From the NCBI RefSeq assembly GCF_902652985.1, contig NC_047021.1, positions 22,878,001 through 22,942,000 on the forward strand: 64,000 bases of DNA, written 5' to 3'. The first letter of the stretch is position 1. Each line of letters begins with the position of its first letter. The DNA is from Pecten maximus. Its lineage: Eukaryota. This document shows positions 1-14,000 of the stretch, piece by piece. The notes under the pieces are model-generated. The model worked only from the letters and a program-made list of their open reading frames with translations, was not told the DNA's origin and made no database searches. Both the position numbers and the translations under genes were made by a program.

Positions 1-634
1 ACGGCCATCAGGTAATTGATGCAGATCTTGCCCCACACATTTGGTAGTGTTGGGATTGTCCTAGCACACCTCCAGTTGGCCTACCTGGACCCTGAGCCTC
101 CTTTCAACACCTGATAGGGTATCTACTTCAGTCACAGATGATTCGCTCCCTATCTGGCTATCTACACCCTCCAGTGTGCACATGTATGTAGCAGACATTG
201 GCCGAGCCAAGAGACATTTCTGTCTGTTAATCATCTCTGGTAGTTTTCTTATTTAAGGAAAAAAAGAGAACATTTTAATTATCTGACATACTATCACACG
301 GAAGGCGTGTTTCCGCAGACTTAATTTACTGGTCCTGGTTCTGTACTAGAATTCTATCTGATTCCTCGTCTAGATCTTATTTAGTTTGGCTGTGGAATGA
401 CTGATAATGTTATAACAATAGCGGCACCACATTGTTTGTTTTGAAATCTCAAATAAAGTTATTCAAGTAGTTCACTCATTCCTAATAAAAACACAATTTA
501 AGAAAATTACAATAACACTAAAAACTGACTTTTTAGTATGGATTTTGAACTGACGAACACTTTCTGTGCAAGACCAATTTAAAACAAGATCTTGAAAGTC
601 TAAGAGTCCTTAGCCCGGCTTCATTCCCTAGCTG

Positions 635-717
635 AAGGAAATTCCTTTAATTCACAATCTTCATAGTAAATCATAAGGAAATTCCTTTAATTCACAATCT
701 TCATAGTAAATCATAAG
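635..717. repeat. 40-bp direct tandem duplication (2 copies)
   Basis: aaggaaattcctttaattcacaatcttcatagtaaatcat at 635 and 675. Confidence 0.9.
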
Positions 718-1104
718 AAAATTTTTAAATGTTCATTAACTAAGATTTTTTCCTTAAATCAAATCAGGTTTTCCTCTGGATAATTTCCCTAAGAAAGGAC
801 TATTAACGAAACAGAGGCTGGATTCTGTATCTGTCAAAACTCTGGTATTGAGTCATAATAATGGTCATTTTTTATCCAACAAACATAAAAGATTAATTTT
901 CTGGTTTTGTTTTGTTGGTAGAAGTTGGTCTGATGGGATTATGAATGTTTTCCAGGGGATGGCGTGTTTACATTGTAGTTACTGACGGGTTGTGTGTTGA
1001 TGTTCCTCACTGAATATGTACGTACTTGTGGTACAGCTCCCTCAAACTAGTCCATAAACCTGAGTCTGAGATTAATGAGCAGATAATCCCTAAAAAACAT
1101 TGGC

Positions 1105-1233
1105 GGCACATCCTGTACCCAACAGCCGGGCGAACCGTCACATCCTGTACCCAACAGCCGGGCCAACCGGCACATCCTGTACCCAACAGCCGGGCCAACC
1201 GGCACATCCTGTACCCAACAGCCGGGCCAACCG
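1105..1233. repeat. 32-bp minisatellite, 4 copies
   Basis: unit cacatcctgtacccaacagccgggccaaccgg. Confidence 0.95.
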
Positions 1234-2878
1234 TTACAACCTCTCACTGAGCTTCTTGCTAATTATGACACTTTTCTCTGGTAGAGACCTTTTACCAACA
1301 CTTGCTACAAAGACCTGAAAATGTTGACTTTTTGCATGCAAGAATTTCGGTAAATGGACATTTAAAAGACTGACATTTAGTAGACAAGAATGCTGGTATA
1401 TTTACATGAAGTTGCTGACTTTTTGTACCTGAGGATTTTGGTATACTGGCATTCATCAGGTCCATTTCTGTCTCTCTACATAATCAGGTTTTGTTTCAAC
1501 TTCCTATGAATTTTTTATTTTGAGCTAATTAAGATGGCGCTGAAGCTCTGATCAATGCAACAGATGATGAATATCACTGTTTTTATTTCACACTTTTGAT
1601 TTGTATCACCATATGGTTTAGTTCCAAACTAGATTTCTGTCTTTTTTTCATTTCTTGCTTAGTTTTTCATTCACTGCTAATTATATGATATTTTTGGAGA
1701 TGTTGTTCTATCTGATGGTCCGAACATATATATCTGATAGACTGCTGGAAGCTGCATGTTACACACTGATACGAAGACTACAGTGTCTCTCAACTGCATG
1801 GTGTGTGAGATGAGTAAAGTAAATGTTTATCATTGGGTACAAACACACACTGGCCGAGTCAGTATGAAGGCATGGAGTCAGTATGAAGGCATCGTGGGCC
1901 ATGGTAAATGCTGTCTAATTGGTTGACGTATATACTGTTAGTTTGATAAGTGAGAGTGGTTGATCACCCCTCCAGTTAGGATGAAGTGTAAACTGTATAC
2001 AGATTACAGACTTCAACTTTTACGAGGCAGAGAATACAAAGTATTCATAAAAACCAAATCAAAATCAGAAAGCTGTCTTGAAATATGTCATTCATGTTAC
2101 GCTGTTGTCAGAATAAATGCCTCTAGTGTTTCAAATGCTGTTGATAATTTTTGAAAAGTGCCTGGTAAATTTGAAGGAAGTTTTTGCATGCCATTAAATA
2201 AAATTGACTAGTTTCAGTGATGATCGCCTATTACAGAACTTTGGAACATTAAAATGTCATGTTGAATGTGCTGACCAGTGTTACTCACTGAACTGCTATG
2301 TGTGCAGACCTTCTAAATATGTTTCATGGCAGAGATATTTCATTGACAGAGACATTTAGAAATGCATGGCCTTTTACAGTTGTAGTTTGGTGTTTGTTCA
2401 TGCTTTACCTACATTGAAAGGTCATTGTTAAAACATGTTTATCAGCCATTCAAAAGTTATAAATTGGCTTTGCACATTGGTGCAGTTGGTGGGATGTTTT
2501 TGTGGCCTGGTGATTGCTGGGATGTATGTATTATTAGCCTTCACTTCCACATACCAATCTCTGATAAATCACCAAATCTCGACATTTTAACACTTCTGCA
2601 AAACAAATCTATATCAAGTTGTAAAATTAAAGGTTTGATTTGTGAAATGAGAAAATTTGTAACCCTCTGAACAATGGAGTTTTCATGATAAAGAATACTA
2701 AATGTTAGACATTCAAATATCATTTTCACTCTTCATATGATAACATTTACGTTACTATGGAAACAGGATTTGGTCAACTAGCAACACATAAAATATGGGA
2801 TTAAGTGATAAAAAATGTCTGACACATTCTTCTTGTGTGGTTTATAGATTATTTTTTAATGTTTCAAAAAGGGTTTTT

Positions 2879-3385
2879 CATTGTAGGGATTTGAGTACAC
2901 TTTACACATTGAACATTGTAGGGATTTGAGAGTACTGAATCTACACAATGAACATTGTAGGGATTTGAGAGTACTGAATCTACACATTGAACATTGTAGG
3001 GATTAGAGAGTACTGAATCTACATATTGAACATTGTAAGGATTTGAGAGTACTGAATCTACACATTGAACATTGTAGGGATTTGAGATTTCTGAATCTAC
3101 ACATTGAACATTGTAGGGATTTGAGATTTCTGAATCTACACATTGAACATTGTAGGGATTTGAGATTTCTGAATCTACACATTGAACATTGTAGGGATTA
3201 GAGAGTACTGAATCTACACATTGAACATTGTAGGGATTAGAGAGTACTGAATCTACATATTGAACATTGTAAGGATTTGAGAGTACTGAATCTACACATT
3301 GAACATTGTAGGGATTTGAGATTTCTGAATCTACACATTGAACATTGTAGGGATTTGAGAGTTCTGAATCTACACATTGAACATT
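2879..3385. repeat. 39-bp minisatellite, about 13 copies
   Basis: unit cattgtagggatttgagagtactgaatctacacattgaa. Confidence 0.95.
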
Positions 3386-4037
3386 ATAACTTGAGGGAGT
3401 TTACATAATATTATATAGTAGGTTTATTTTTAAAATCTCTTGTTTTCCTTTGACTTTGTTAAAGGTTCTATTCCTGTCAGTGCGGCTATAATAGTATGTA
3501 GCTTCTGTCGCCAGTGTTCTATACTGGGGGTCTAGTCTATGGTAATTACCTACCCCTATCACTCAGAGATACCATCACTGATACCGACTGTTGTTGAACA
3601 AATCTTACAACTTTTCATTGACTTTGGGATCAGGCACTAGATACTTACATGAGGTAACAGACACACTGAGCTTGGTGCATTCACCGAAATAGTTTTAAAA
3701 CAATGTTAGTGGGTGTTTATAAAACGGTATGTAGGTCTGTGTGAGGACAGCTGTACAGCACACCACCCTTTATAAATGGAACAATGTTTTATTTCGTCCT
3801 TGTCTGAACTTTTCCCCACCAGTTCTAGATAGTATATGGAAATATCTCCAATGACTCCAATACAAGTTTTGTCATTTGAAACCTACTTGTATGTTCATGT
3901 GTGACCTCTATAGTCAGGTTAGATCTTGGTAAGCAGATGTGTCCTTTATAGGCAGGTATATACTTTATAAGCAGGTTAAACCTTTGTATACAGGTGTGTC
4001 CTTTATAGGCAGGTTAATCTTTATATTGCATTTTTGC

Positions 4038-4660
4038 CAGTGAAATGAAGAAAATTATCAAACTGATCAGTAATTAGCAGTGAAAATATCAGATTTTGCA
4101 GTGAAAATACAAGTTTTGCAGTGAAAATACAAGTCTTTTTGTTTTTGACCAATCAGAGTGAACCTTTTATTCACCTCATTGAAACTTGCCAATTTTTCCA
4201 ATTGAAGCGAAGAGAGATAGATTGGTTATTTTGCTGTATTTCTGAAATATTCAGACTGGTTTTTGACAAAATACTCACTTGACATTATATTTTCGTGCAC
4301 AAATTCTCGGATAACAGCAGAAAATGCTTAAATTGTACTGATCAGTCATTTCAAAATGGCATCATCTATTTGATGTGGAGTAACGTCACAAAGAGACAAG
4401 GTCTTGAATTATGTAACTAATTCCTGCCCTTTTTGACACAATTAATTTTTCTATGATTTTATTTTAGTTTTTTAGCATAAAAATGCAACAAAAAGAAAAT
4501 TAAATTGTTTCCCTTTGACTATAACATATATTTCACTCGTATGACAGAATATATCAATATTTTTCACTTGTTTGTATGACTATATATCAATATCGTTCTT
4601 CGCACTTGTGAAAATACTGATATTCTGTCATACTCGTGAAACATTCAATATCCTCTAAAT
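4038..4660. mobile_element. Probable relic of a non-autonomous DNA element with a terminal hairpin
   Basis: Iterated gcagtgaaaata motifs (4077-4130) and an imperfect inverted repeat of about 35 bp (4531-4567 / 4608-4641); no ORF; family unassigned. Confidence 0.45.
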
Positions 4661-6489
4661 ACTTGTAGTGTGGACAGGAATTTCCACACAGGTGTGGAAA
4701 CAAGTCTATTGTAATAGAGTATTAACATCCTTCAATTTATCAAACTCCATTTAAAATTTAGATTTAAGTATAATTGATGTACAGACATTAAAAATTAAAA
4801 TTTATTAATGAATACCAATGTTAATAATCTGAAGTGAATGTTTAATTATGATGTGAACAACAGTTCAATATAAGGGTTGGGAAAATTTTACAGATGAGGT
4901 CAGAGGAACATCAAGTATTTAGGATACGAGAATTCTCCCGATAAACTCCAGCATCTGAAATTCTAATCACTGGTGTTATCATAACCTTCATAACAGGTAA
5001 ACCTGATGTAACATCATTTAAATACAAATCAAACTCACTGATTATAATTTCTTACCTGTCTTTTTTATGAGATATTTGAGCCATCGATGACGTGTTTCTG
5101 ACACCAGTCATCCACAGGTATATCTTTTACCTGTACACCTGCAGCTAGTTTTTATTCAAATATTTTCTTTAAATGTATAACACAACTATTTCTGAAAACA
5201 ATTAATTCTTGTTTTATATAAAATGAAGCATGCTTTTTGATTTCGTTATCAATAATCAGATTGCTGTAAGTTAACCTACTGGTCTTGGAGTGGCTAGTTT
5301 TACTAAGTAGGGTGGTCAGATGGCCAGATATCCGACAGCAGGTAAATTAAGGACACAGTGTTGTTGGCTAAATCTCCTATACATTTTTGGATTCTCTCAG
5401 GAGGACGTATGTTTATGCTGATTATTTACATACATTTTCAGACACGTTTAACTGTTTTAATTCCCATTTCTTCTGGACTAAATACAAAAGAACACTCGAC
5501 TGTATAGGGTTAGAACAAGCATTGTCTTGGTACAAAAGTGTCACACGGATACCAGTCGGATACCAGTCGGTAGCTGTTACGGAGCTTGACCATTGGTTAT
5601 TTTGTGGTCAGGCCAATGATGGGGTAATCACAGCCGTAGGGCCTGCTCATAGAGAAAGGGAAAACATCAGATTTACTGAATATCAACAGCTGTAATCTAA
5701 ACACATAAACAGAGTTTTAAAACATGAATGGTTTGCAAACGGATTGGACCGCCAAAGACGTGTGAATTATCCTGATCCTTCAATGAACTTTTATTGTCCA
5801 TTATGAATGAACTACAAGGAAACCAAGACCATTCATTTACTATGTTAAAAATAACAGTCATTCCTGTTTGAAGACCTTGGAATAAAATCCCTATAAATCA
5901 TATGGACTTAGAATAAAAAAAAATTTAAACACTGTGCATGCTCCGTGATAAAAATATCAAGATATAGGTAATATCATCATTGTCCCTTGAATCACCCTTT
6001 AAGTTGGCCTGTTTAAAGCTGCCTAGAAGATTATGAGGCTGCTAATTTCACAAATACTTGATACTTGTGTTGTTGGATTGCATTTTATGTCAGTGGGCCA
6101 AGAAACTTTCATGAAATATGTGATGTTTTTTTTAACTAGACATTTTGATCTGATGAATTTTAGACTCTGTGTCTACCATCCCTCTAGAACGTGTATATCC
6201 TCAGAAAATTGTATAAATCTATCTAGAGGCAGTTCAATGATTAATTTCTCTGTGTCCAGTTCTCTGGTCAGTTCTGTGGTCAAAGATTTGGTGGTGATTA
6301 CCAGAGCTATCTTTTCATTGGAACAGTGATAATCGGTTACAGTGACAGATGGATTAAGAAATCTCCTGATGATTAATTTCACCATATCCATCATACTGTC
6401 ATTACTCTGACCACATGTCTGTTTAAGCTCTTTATTCCAAAGTTCTCCTGTATTCTCTATCCACTGGTCACCCCTTCCTTCACTATCTC

Positions 6490-6730
6490 TACGTCCCATT
6501 CTCTACTTTTACTCTCTATCCTTCTGCTCTATCTGTTCTCTCTTCATATTTTCCTCCTCTCTACATTCCCCATATCCCTGTTTCCTTTTCTTCTCTGTTT
6601 TCTATCTTACCTCCCTTCTATATCATCTCTCTACCTTTCCATCTCTATCCTATCCCCTACCTTCCCCTATGTCTTTATCAAGGTCACCAGGTCTTTGGCC
6701 ACTATCTATCCATATCTTTTTCACTCACCT
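6490..6730. repeat. Pyrimidine-rich (CT) low-complexity tract
   Basis: Almost G-free run of ctct/tcc/atc motifs. Confidence 0.7.
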
Positions 6731-7342
6731 CTGTTTATACAAATGTCTCAAATACATTTCAACTTTGTTTTTTTAATTGTCCCCCGGTTTGCTGGACATT
6801 TTGATGTGAAATGGACCAGGAGACTTTGATGGAGAGATAGGTAGACTGTGACAATGAGGTTGACTGTTACCCAACTTTGTAATGATGACTTTTGTAAAAA
6901 GGGTTCTGATTGGTTAGTTTTATTTGTTCATTTAATGATAGGATAAAAGTAATTTTCATCACATACATTGTGTAGAGCTCAATTTTGTTCTTAGGGTTTT
7001 GAAACTGTTCATCAATTCATTTAATTTATTTGTTTGGTTGAAGTAGAAGTTATTTGAAAGCTGTAGTTCATATAGTACGTTTGTAGAGCACTTCAGATTC
7101 CATCTCTTACATGCGGGTGTTGCTAGATGTAGAAAACCATTCTTTAATGTCTTCTGAAGAGTTTTTTAATTGTTTGTAGGTCAGAGAGGAGATATAACAT
7201 TTTTAAGTCTTCGTACAATAGTACTTTTGTGTGAGAATCTACAGAAACTATAAACTGCCAATAAAGTGATGGCAGAACATGGCTGGCTCCATTAACGCTG
7301 TGTTCATATGACTGTGTGTTTAAAACATCAGGAGGGTTTGAG

Positions 7343-8038
7343 GAAGGGCCAGCCAGAAACGTAGGGTACTTTGTAAGGTGGAGGTAGAGGTAGGCCGGAA
7401 GGGCCAGCCAGGAACCTAGGGTACTCTGTAGGGTGGAGGTAGAGGTAGGCCGGAAGGGCCAGCCAGGAACCTAGGGTACTCTGTAGGGTGGAGGTAGAGG
7501 TAGGCCGGAAGGGCCAGCCAGGAACCTAGGGTACTCTGTAGGGTGGAGGTAGAGGTAGGCCGGAAGGGCCAGCCAGGAACCTAGGGTACTCTGTAGGGTG
7601 GAGGTAGAGGTAGGCCGGAAGGGCCAGCCAGGAACCTAGGGTACTCTGTAGGGTGGAGGTAGAAGTAGGCCGGAAGGGCCAGCCAGGAACCTAGGGTACT
7701 CTGTAGGGTGGAGGTAGAGGTAGGCCGGAAGGGCCAGCCAGGAACCTAGGGTACTCTGTAGGGTGGAGGTAGAGGTAGGCTGGAAGGGCCAGCCAGGAAC
7801 CTAGGGTACTCTGTAGGGTGGAGGTAGAGAACCTAGGGTACTCTGTAGAGTGGAGGTAGAGGTTGGCTGGAAGGGCCAGCCAGGAACCTAGGGTACTCTG
7901 TAGGGTGGAGGTAGAGGTAGGCCGGAAGGGCCAGCCAGGAACCTAGGGTACTCTGTAGGGTGGAGGTAGAGGTAGGCCGGAAGGGCCAGCCAGGAACCTA
8001 GGGTACTCTGTAGGGTGGAGGTAGAGGTAGGCTGGGTA
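7343..8038. repeat. 55-bp G-rich minisatellite, about 12-13 copies
   Basis: unit gaagggccagccaggaacctagggtactctgtagggtggaggtagaggtaggccg. Confidence 0.95.
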
Positions 8039-10579
8039 CTCATTTGATATCCATGAGGCAGTCAAGGTTTACATTTGTATGTTGGGTATCAGGCAGGTGG
8101 TCAGTAGGTCATTTATTGGGGAAATGTTTTTGAGACTTTAACACTGGTACATTGTGTTAATAGTGGACTTTAGTTCTAATACAGAAGGATTTCACACCTA
8201 GACTTTGTATAAGTACTTAAAATCTTTAATGATATGGGATAAACTCAGGAAACAGATGTATCTTGTGTATCATTAGTAAATAATTCTCATAAAAAATGGG
8301 AATGGCTTTTTGAGTAATGGCCCATCTCCTGAACTTTATGGTTATCCAGATCTTAACACTACAGCAGAGTCCACAGTCCTTGTCTTAACTAGGTTGGGTG
8401 GAGTCAACAGAGCTCCTTTATAACCAGTTAGACTGAAACTAAATTGACCATTTTCACTGTTCTGTTTTGTCTTGAGAAAAGGAAGCAGGTTTCTTGGGTA
8501 AGGTTTGTTGTGATATTGAAGATACAGCAAGTTGGTTGTGACGCTAGTTTCTTGGATTGTTGATATGTGGGGATACAGCACCCAAATACGCCAGCAAAAG
8601 TACAGAACATTCCCCTAACCAGCATAACAAGCTTCCTTTCTACACAGATCAATCATGAGCAGATTGGTGATTGGACAAAAAAAAAGACAACATCGGCCAA
8701 TCAATACTAGTCAAGTGATCAGTTCCATTTGATTCCACTTTGATAAAAACAGGGGTCAGATGCTCCCAGATGGGGGAGAGAGTTTGACAGAAAGAGAGGG
8801 TTCAGAATGTTCATTGATAATCTGTTGACAGAGGGCCTTGAGGGCATACCTATCCATCAACTATTCCAATTCTCTGTTTGTATGAAAGAAGCGGAAAACA
8901 CAAAGTGGAGTTCAAATAAAATATCAATAACTTTGTATACGGAATGACTTTACCTTGCTGCATCCCACAAAACATAGGTAGAATAGTTTCAAAACTTTCA
9001 TGTTAATCTTGGTAAGCCAGTACAAAGTGTAAAACTGATTGATCTATCACGCAGATATGTACATTGTTTTGTTTGCCTTTTAACTTTCCTACCTACAAAA
9101 GATGTACAACAGTGAATTACCTATCTGAGGTAAATTATCTATATTTTCACCAGCAGTTGTTGCACCTTAAACTATAATGCTCCAATCAGGCTCCGAGAGG
9201 TTAGACCAAGTCCCTCAGTAGTGGCACCAAACAGGCTGTCTTGTATGTAAATATCTATATCAACATTTTTAACCTCAGGAAAAAACAAAAACAGCTACCA
9301 GTACATGCTCTTTATGAACCCGTTTTGTCTTATTTCGGTGAAAAAAAAGGGGACTAAATTTAGCTTCTCTTTTGTATAACTTTTTGTTTAAAAAAATTAC
9401 CGCTTCTTTCATTCATTCATCTTGCATCACTTTGTAGTCTTAGAGTAGATCTGTGTGATATCATTTTCAAACTACAGCAATTTTCGAGCAAAGGGAGGAG
9501 TAGATGTATAAAGGAGCTGGTACATTTTCGGCAAATTTTAATGGAATGTCGGACATAGACGTAAATCATATAGGGATTTATGACTTTAGGGGGAAGGGTT
9601 TTTGAATGGAGTGTGACCAACTGTAGATAGATGTGGAATGATGACCGAGTTTGAGTGATGTTCCTATAGCCATGCAGTAGTCCATACAACATGGTTAAAC
9701 CACACATCCTATAAGGATTTTCATGTTATCTATTAAAGCTGAAGACATAGATTTAATGTCAAAATGACTATAAAGCATGGTATAAAGTTGTTTTATTATA
9801 CAAAAAAATTAGAGTTGAGTATCATTGTTTGGTGATGTTTACATGGGAGATTGGCCAACAGGTGGTTTCACTGGTAGAAGAACTGGTTCACGGAAAACAT
9901 TTATAAATAATGGCAGGAGAGATACAAAGGGCTGGTGGCACCAAAAACCACACAGTTGTATTTTGTATATCATTCGTATGCTCGAGTTTGACATCTATTT
10001 CGAGTTTGACATCAAGTTTGTATGCTTTAGTGAGGTTGATCCAATATTAATGTTGCCATGTTGTGTTTGGTCTGTATGGAACAGGTGCTCAAACCTACTT
10101 CCTCACAGTGGTTGATACAGGGCTGAGATCTGGCTTTGGCATACAAACACCCAAATTTCTGAGATTTCGATCAACACCAGACAATAATCCAGAGAAATCA
10201 TTGGGGTGTTACATTTTTATTGGCTATTATTTAGGAAGTAACACCAGAGCAAACACAGACTGTATCTCAACTCCGAGGTGGCAGGCATCCTGGAAGGAAT
10301 ATCTCTCATCTTGTCTGCTGATGTCAAATGTTTGCAGTGATCCCATATACACATATAATTAGCTTCAATAGGTAAAACACAGACAGAAGAAGACCATTAT
10401 CTGACTGGGTGGTGTGGCTGTGGGGACCACAGCTAGCAAATATAAGGGTTCACAATACAGCTGTTTGTCTTTACATGACAGATAAAATTATGGAAACATC
10501 GAGCTTCAACAAATGTACTTTTGTTGTTATATTTGTTTTTACCTGATTGATAATTCCTGCACAATTTCCAATTAGATCG

Positions 10580-10930
10580 CAAAAGGTCAATGCCATGTCT
10601 GTGAAGGTCATAGTTATATCTACAGTATCAATGTTATTTGATATATCAAAGAAGTTCATTGTAGTATCTGTAAAGGTCATTGTTATATCTGTAAAGGTCA
10701 TTGTTATATCTGTAAAGGTCACTCTTATATATGTAAAGGTCACTCTAATATCTGTAAAGGTCATTGTTATATCTGTAAAGGTCATTGTTATATCTGTAAA
10801 GGTCACTCTAATATCTGTAAAGGTCATTGTTATATCTGTAAAGGTCATTGTTATATCTGTAAAGGTCATTGTTATATCTGTAAAGGTCACTCTAATATCT
10901 GTAAAGGTCATTGTTATATCTGTAAAGGTA
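10580..10930. repeat. 21-bp minisatellite just upstream of the exon 1 acceptor
   Basis: unit tgtaaaggtcattgttatatc with a cactcta variant. Confidence 0.95.
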
Positions 10931-10969
10931 TTTAGTTTGTCTTTAAACATTATTGTTATATATTTACAG

Positions 10970-11094
10970 GATGGACCAAGAATTAATCAAAATGCAGCTC
11001 TCTCATTACAAGAGTTTTGTAAGTGGCAATATTCTCATAATATTCATGATGACAACCAGTCGCAGCATTACGATACTGCAGTATTGATGACCAG
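10970..11094 (+). CDS. ADAMTS9: Exon 1 of window (catalytic domain): [41 protein letters not shown](R)
   Basis: tttacag|GAT...ACCAG|gtaagt; 125 nt, phase 0 to 2; ADAMTS FCxWQ and HYDTAVLxTR motifs. Confidence 0.92.
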
Positions 11095-14000
11095 GTAAGT
11101 CAAACTTGCTAATTACAACTCCATCATGCCATCTAATCTTTAAAATTCCCATAACCCAGCCCAGCCAAATATAGTTTATCACCAAACTGCTCCCTTTTAA
11201 TCACTGTGCCACTGCCATTTTACCACTGTACCACACTCTTTAACCACTGTGCCACTTCCTTTAACCGTTGTACCACACCCTTAACCACTGTGTCACACTT
11301 TTCAACCACTGTGCCACACCCTTTAACCACTGTGCCACACTTTTTAACCACTTTGCCACACCCTTTAACCACTGTGCCACTTCCTTTAACCGTTGTACCA
11401 CACCCTTAACCACTGTGTCACACTTTTTAACCACTTTGCCACACCCTTAACCACTGTGTCACACTTTTTAACCACTGTACCACACCCTTTAATTACTGTG
11501 CCACACCCTTTAACCACTGTGCCACACTCTTTAATTACTGTGCCACACCGTTTAACCACTGTGCCATTCTTGTTTGTCTTAATTTCAAAATCACTACTTC
11601 CACCACAAACCATGTCCCAGAGTAGCATACTTGTAGTATTTGGTTCTGATAGATTCCTTACAGAATGACTGTTAATTTAAAGCAGTATTCTTCTCTGGGT
11701 ACTGTGTGAATATATCTCACACACATATTTTTGTTCCCCTTTTAATCTGGGTTAAGTTCAATATTAATTTGATTATTGAAGATCAGTGTGACACTAAATA
11801 CTTACATGCTATTTCTATACTGTAAGTATTAAGGGATAATAGTGTTAATACACTGACCACAGAAATAAAGTTAATCCCCCAGGAATGTAGGTACAGACTT
11901 AATGACCTTTGTCTGATAACACCTGGATAACACTACATCACGTTAATTACTATTATTTATACAATCCCAGGTAAATACAAGTCCTCCCTGTACAATGTTA
12001 TTGTATTCGGAGTTTGTTATATACTCTGTATTAAATTATACCTATTATTCAATATAATGAACAATAACAGGATTATCTGTTGGTCTTTGTATAATGAAAA
12101 TAAAACATGGTTTGATTTGTAATAAAACTTACCTATATACATATTTTGTGTGGTTCATTTCACACACAGTTATTTCTTCCACAAACACTTTGAAGTATAG
12201 ACATTTCTTTCAGTTACAAGTTAAAATAATTGAAATTTGTGGAGGTGAAGAAGTGCTAATCCTCGGAGGGAGTAACATTTTATAACATTAATATTCTTAC
12301 TCAGCTGTTAATGTTGACTCTCCTTGCCCAGAGAAGTGACCCACCCAACAGCGTAGGTGTGGACATCCAGGATGTACTTTTCACCAAAGGCTGCGGCCAT
12401 CTGATGAATGTGGTCACTTTGTCCCTTACATAAATCTGTATCCCAGGATTCCAAACTGTACAGGACATAAATCTATACCATTTTCTGTGAGTCTGCTCCC
12501 TCATCTTGTATCCACAGTCACAGTTGACTGATTTGGTCCTTTTACCTTGATCTGAAGACATTTTTCCCCTCCCCCCTCCCTCCCGGACAAGCCAGCTACC
12601 TGACATGTAGGTCTGATGTTATAATGCTGTGCATTCTTGCCTCTGTTAATTAGTAGGTAAGTAATTCGGGAAATTAATTTGAAAGTTGCATGTTTTATCC
12701 AGTTGCCGCCCAGCCATTACAGCCTGGTTTTATTGATGTGTGAGGTTTGATAGTTGGTAGATGTCTAGCTGTATAATGATAGGTATATAGTCCCTCAGCT
12801 AAGATCTCACCTTATATCTGTTCATTCAGAATAAAATGTTCCTAGTGAGTGCTGACAGGTCTACTGTGCCAGATATCAGGTGTCCCAGAACTGTCAATGG
12901 ATTACACTCCTAATGTTCACATCCTGAAGCTGATGGGTTCAAAGTCATCACAGGAAATCGACCTTCTATAGAGCCCCTATTTACTGCTATTGAATAAAGA
13001 TAGCATCTTTTTGAGGCTGTAATTGGAATTGTATGACATATTATGTGTTTTTTACCTGTGATTAACACCAGGTAATCTGTACCAGTGTGGCTGGGCTATG
13101 TTGATGGAGTATATGCTGACGATAGAGCGTATGCAGTGTCACCTGTGGACAGAAGATGCGCCTAAACCCAACAACTTGGCAGCTGACATCCAGTTTCTCT
13201 ACTCAGCTGACAGGGACATGACTTAAATCAACAATTTTTTAATGTAAATTGTCGTTGAGGGATTTCTATGAAATAACCCCAACCCCTCTCACCCTGCACC
13301 AGAAACCAGAGGTTAAGGTGTCTCCGTGATTTTTGGGACTCAGGTATTTGAGTTCTTGACTCATTATTTTCCTGTGGTACCCGAATTTTGAATACTTACT
13401 ATAGCATTTGGACTCATCAAGTTCATTTATAAGTGGTGTTCTAGATTGAAAAAAATCTTACAAAAAATGACTGGTGTCTAATGTGTTCCACCCATACTTT
13501 AGTAAAGTCACTAATCTTACTCCAAACCTGCCGGAATGGTTGGTTTACATTGGAGTATGCAATATGTATATTAGCTTGGAAGCTGATTAGTGTCACAGGT
13601 ATTTTGTCACCATCACCACCGGAGATAGGGATAAGGTTAAGGTGGCCTGACTTTGACCAGAGCCTCACTTGGACATTTCCGATATGCTGGTGTCGCTTGA
13701 GGAAAGAAAAGTGATGATGGAGCCAGAGGATGTAAAACAGGCGTGGATCTATATTTAAGTAATTTATGTCACTCTGATTCCATTCAGACAGACTGGAATG
13801 TGGCCGACCTTATCCATGTCCAGATAATATAATCCCCGACTTTTGATCTTTATCGGGGAGGAAGTAAGCCCAGGACATACCATTTCAATAAAATAAGTAT
13901 TTGAACACTACCCTGGAGCCCATCTCATTGGAGCAACTTAACAGCTTTTACATACACACCTGATGGTAATCCAGATTATGTTTTGCTATCAGTTGCAGTT

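Noticed and set aside
1-10969. Expected upstream ADAMTS exon (KDPSIG-like start of the catalytic domain)
   Set aside because: Not found by eye; probably upstream of the window, though a short diverged exon could have been missed.
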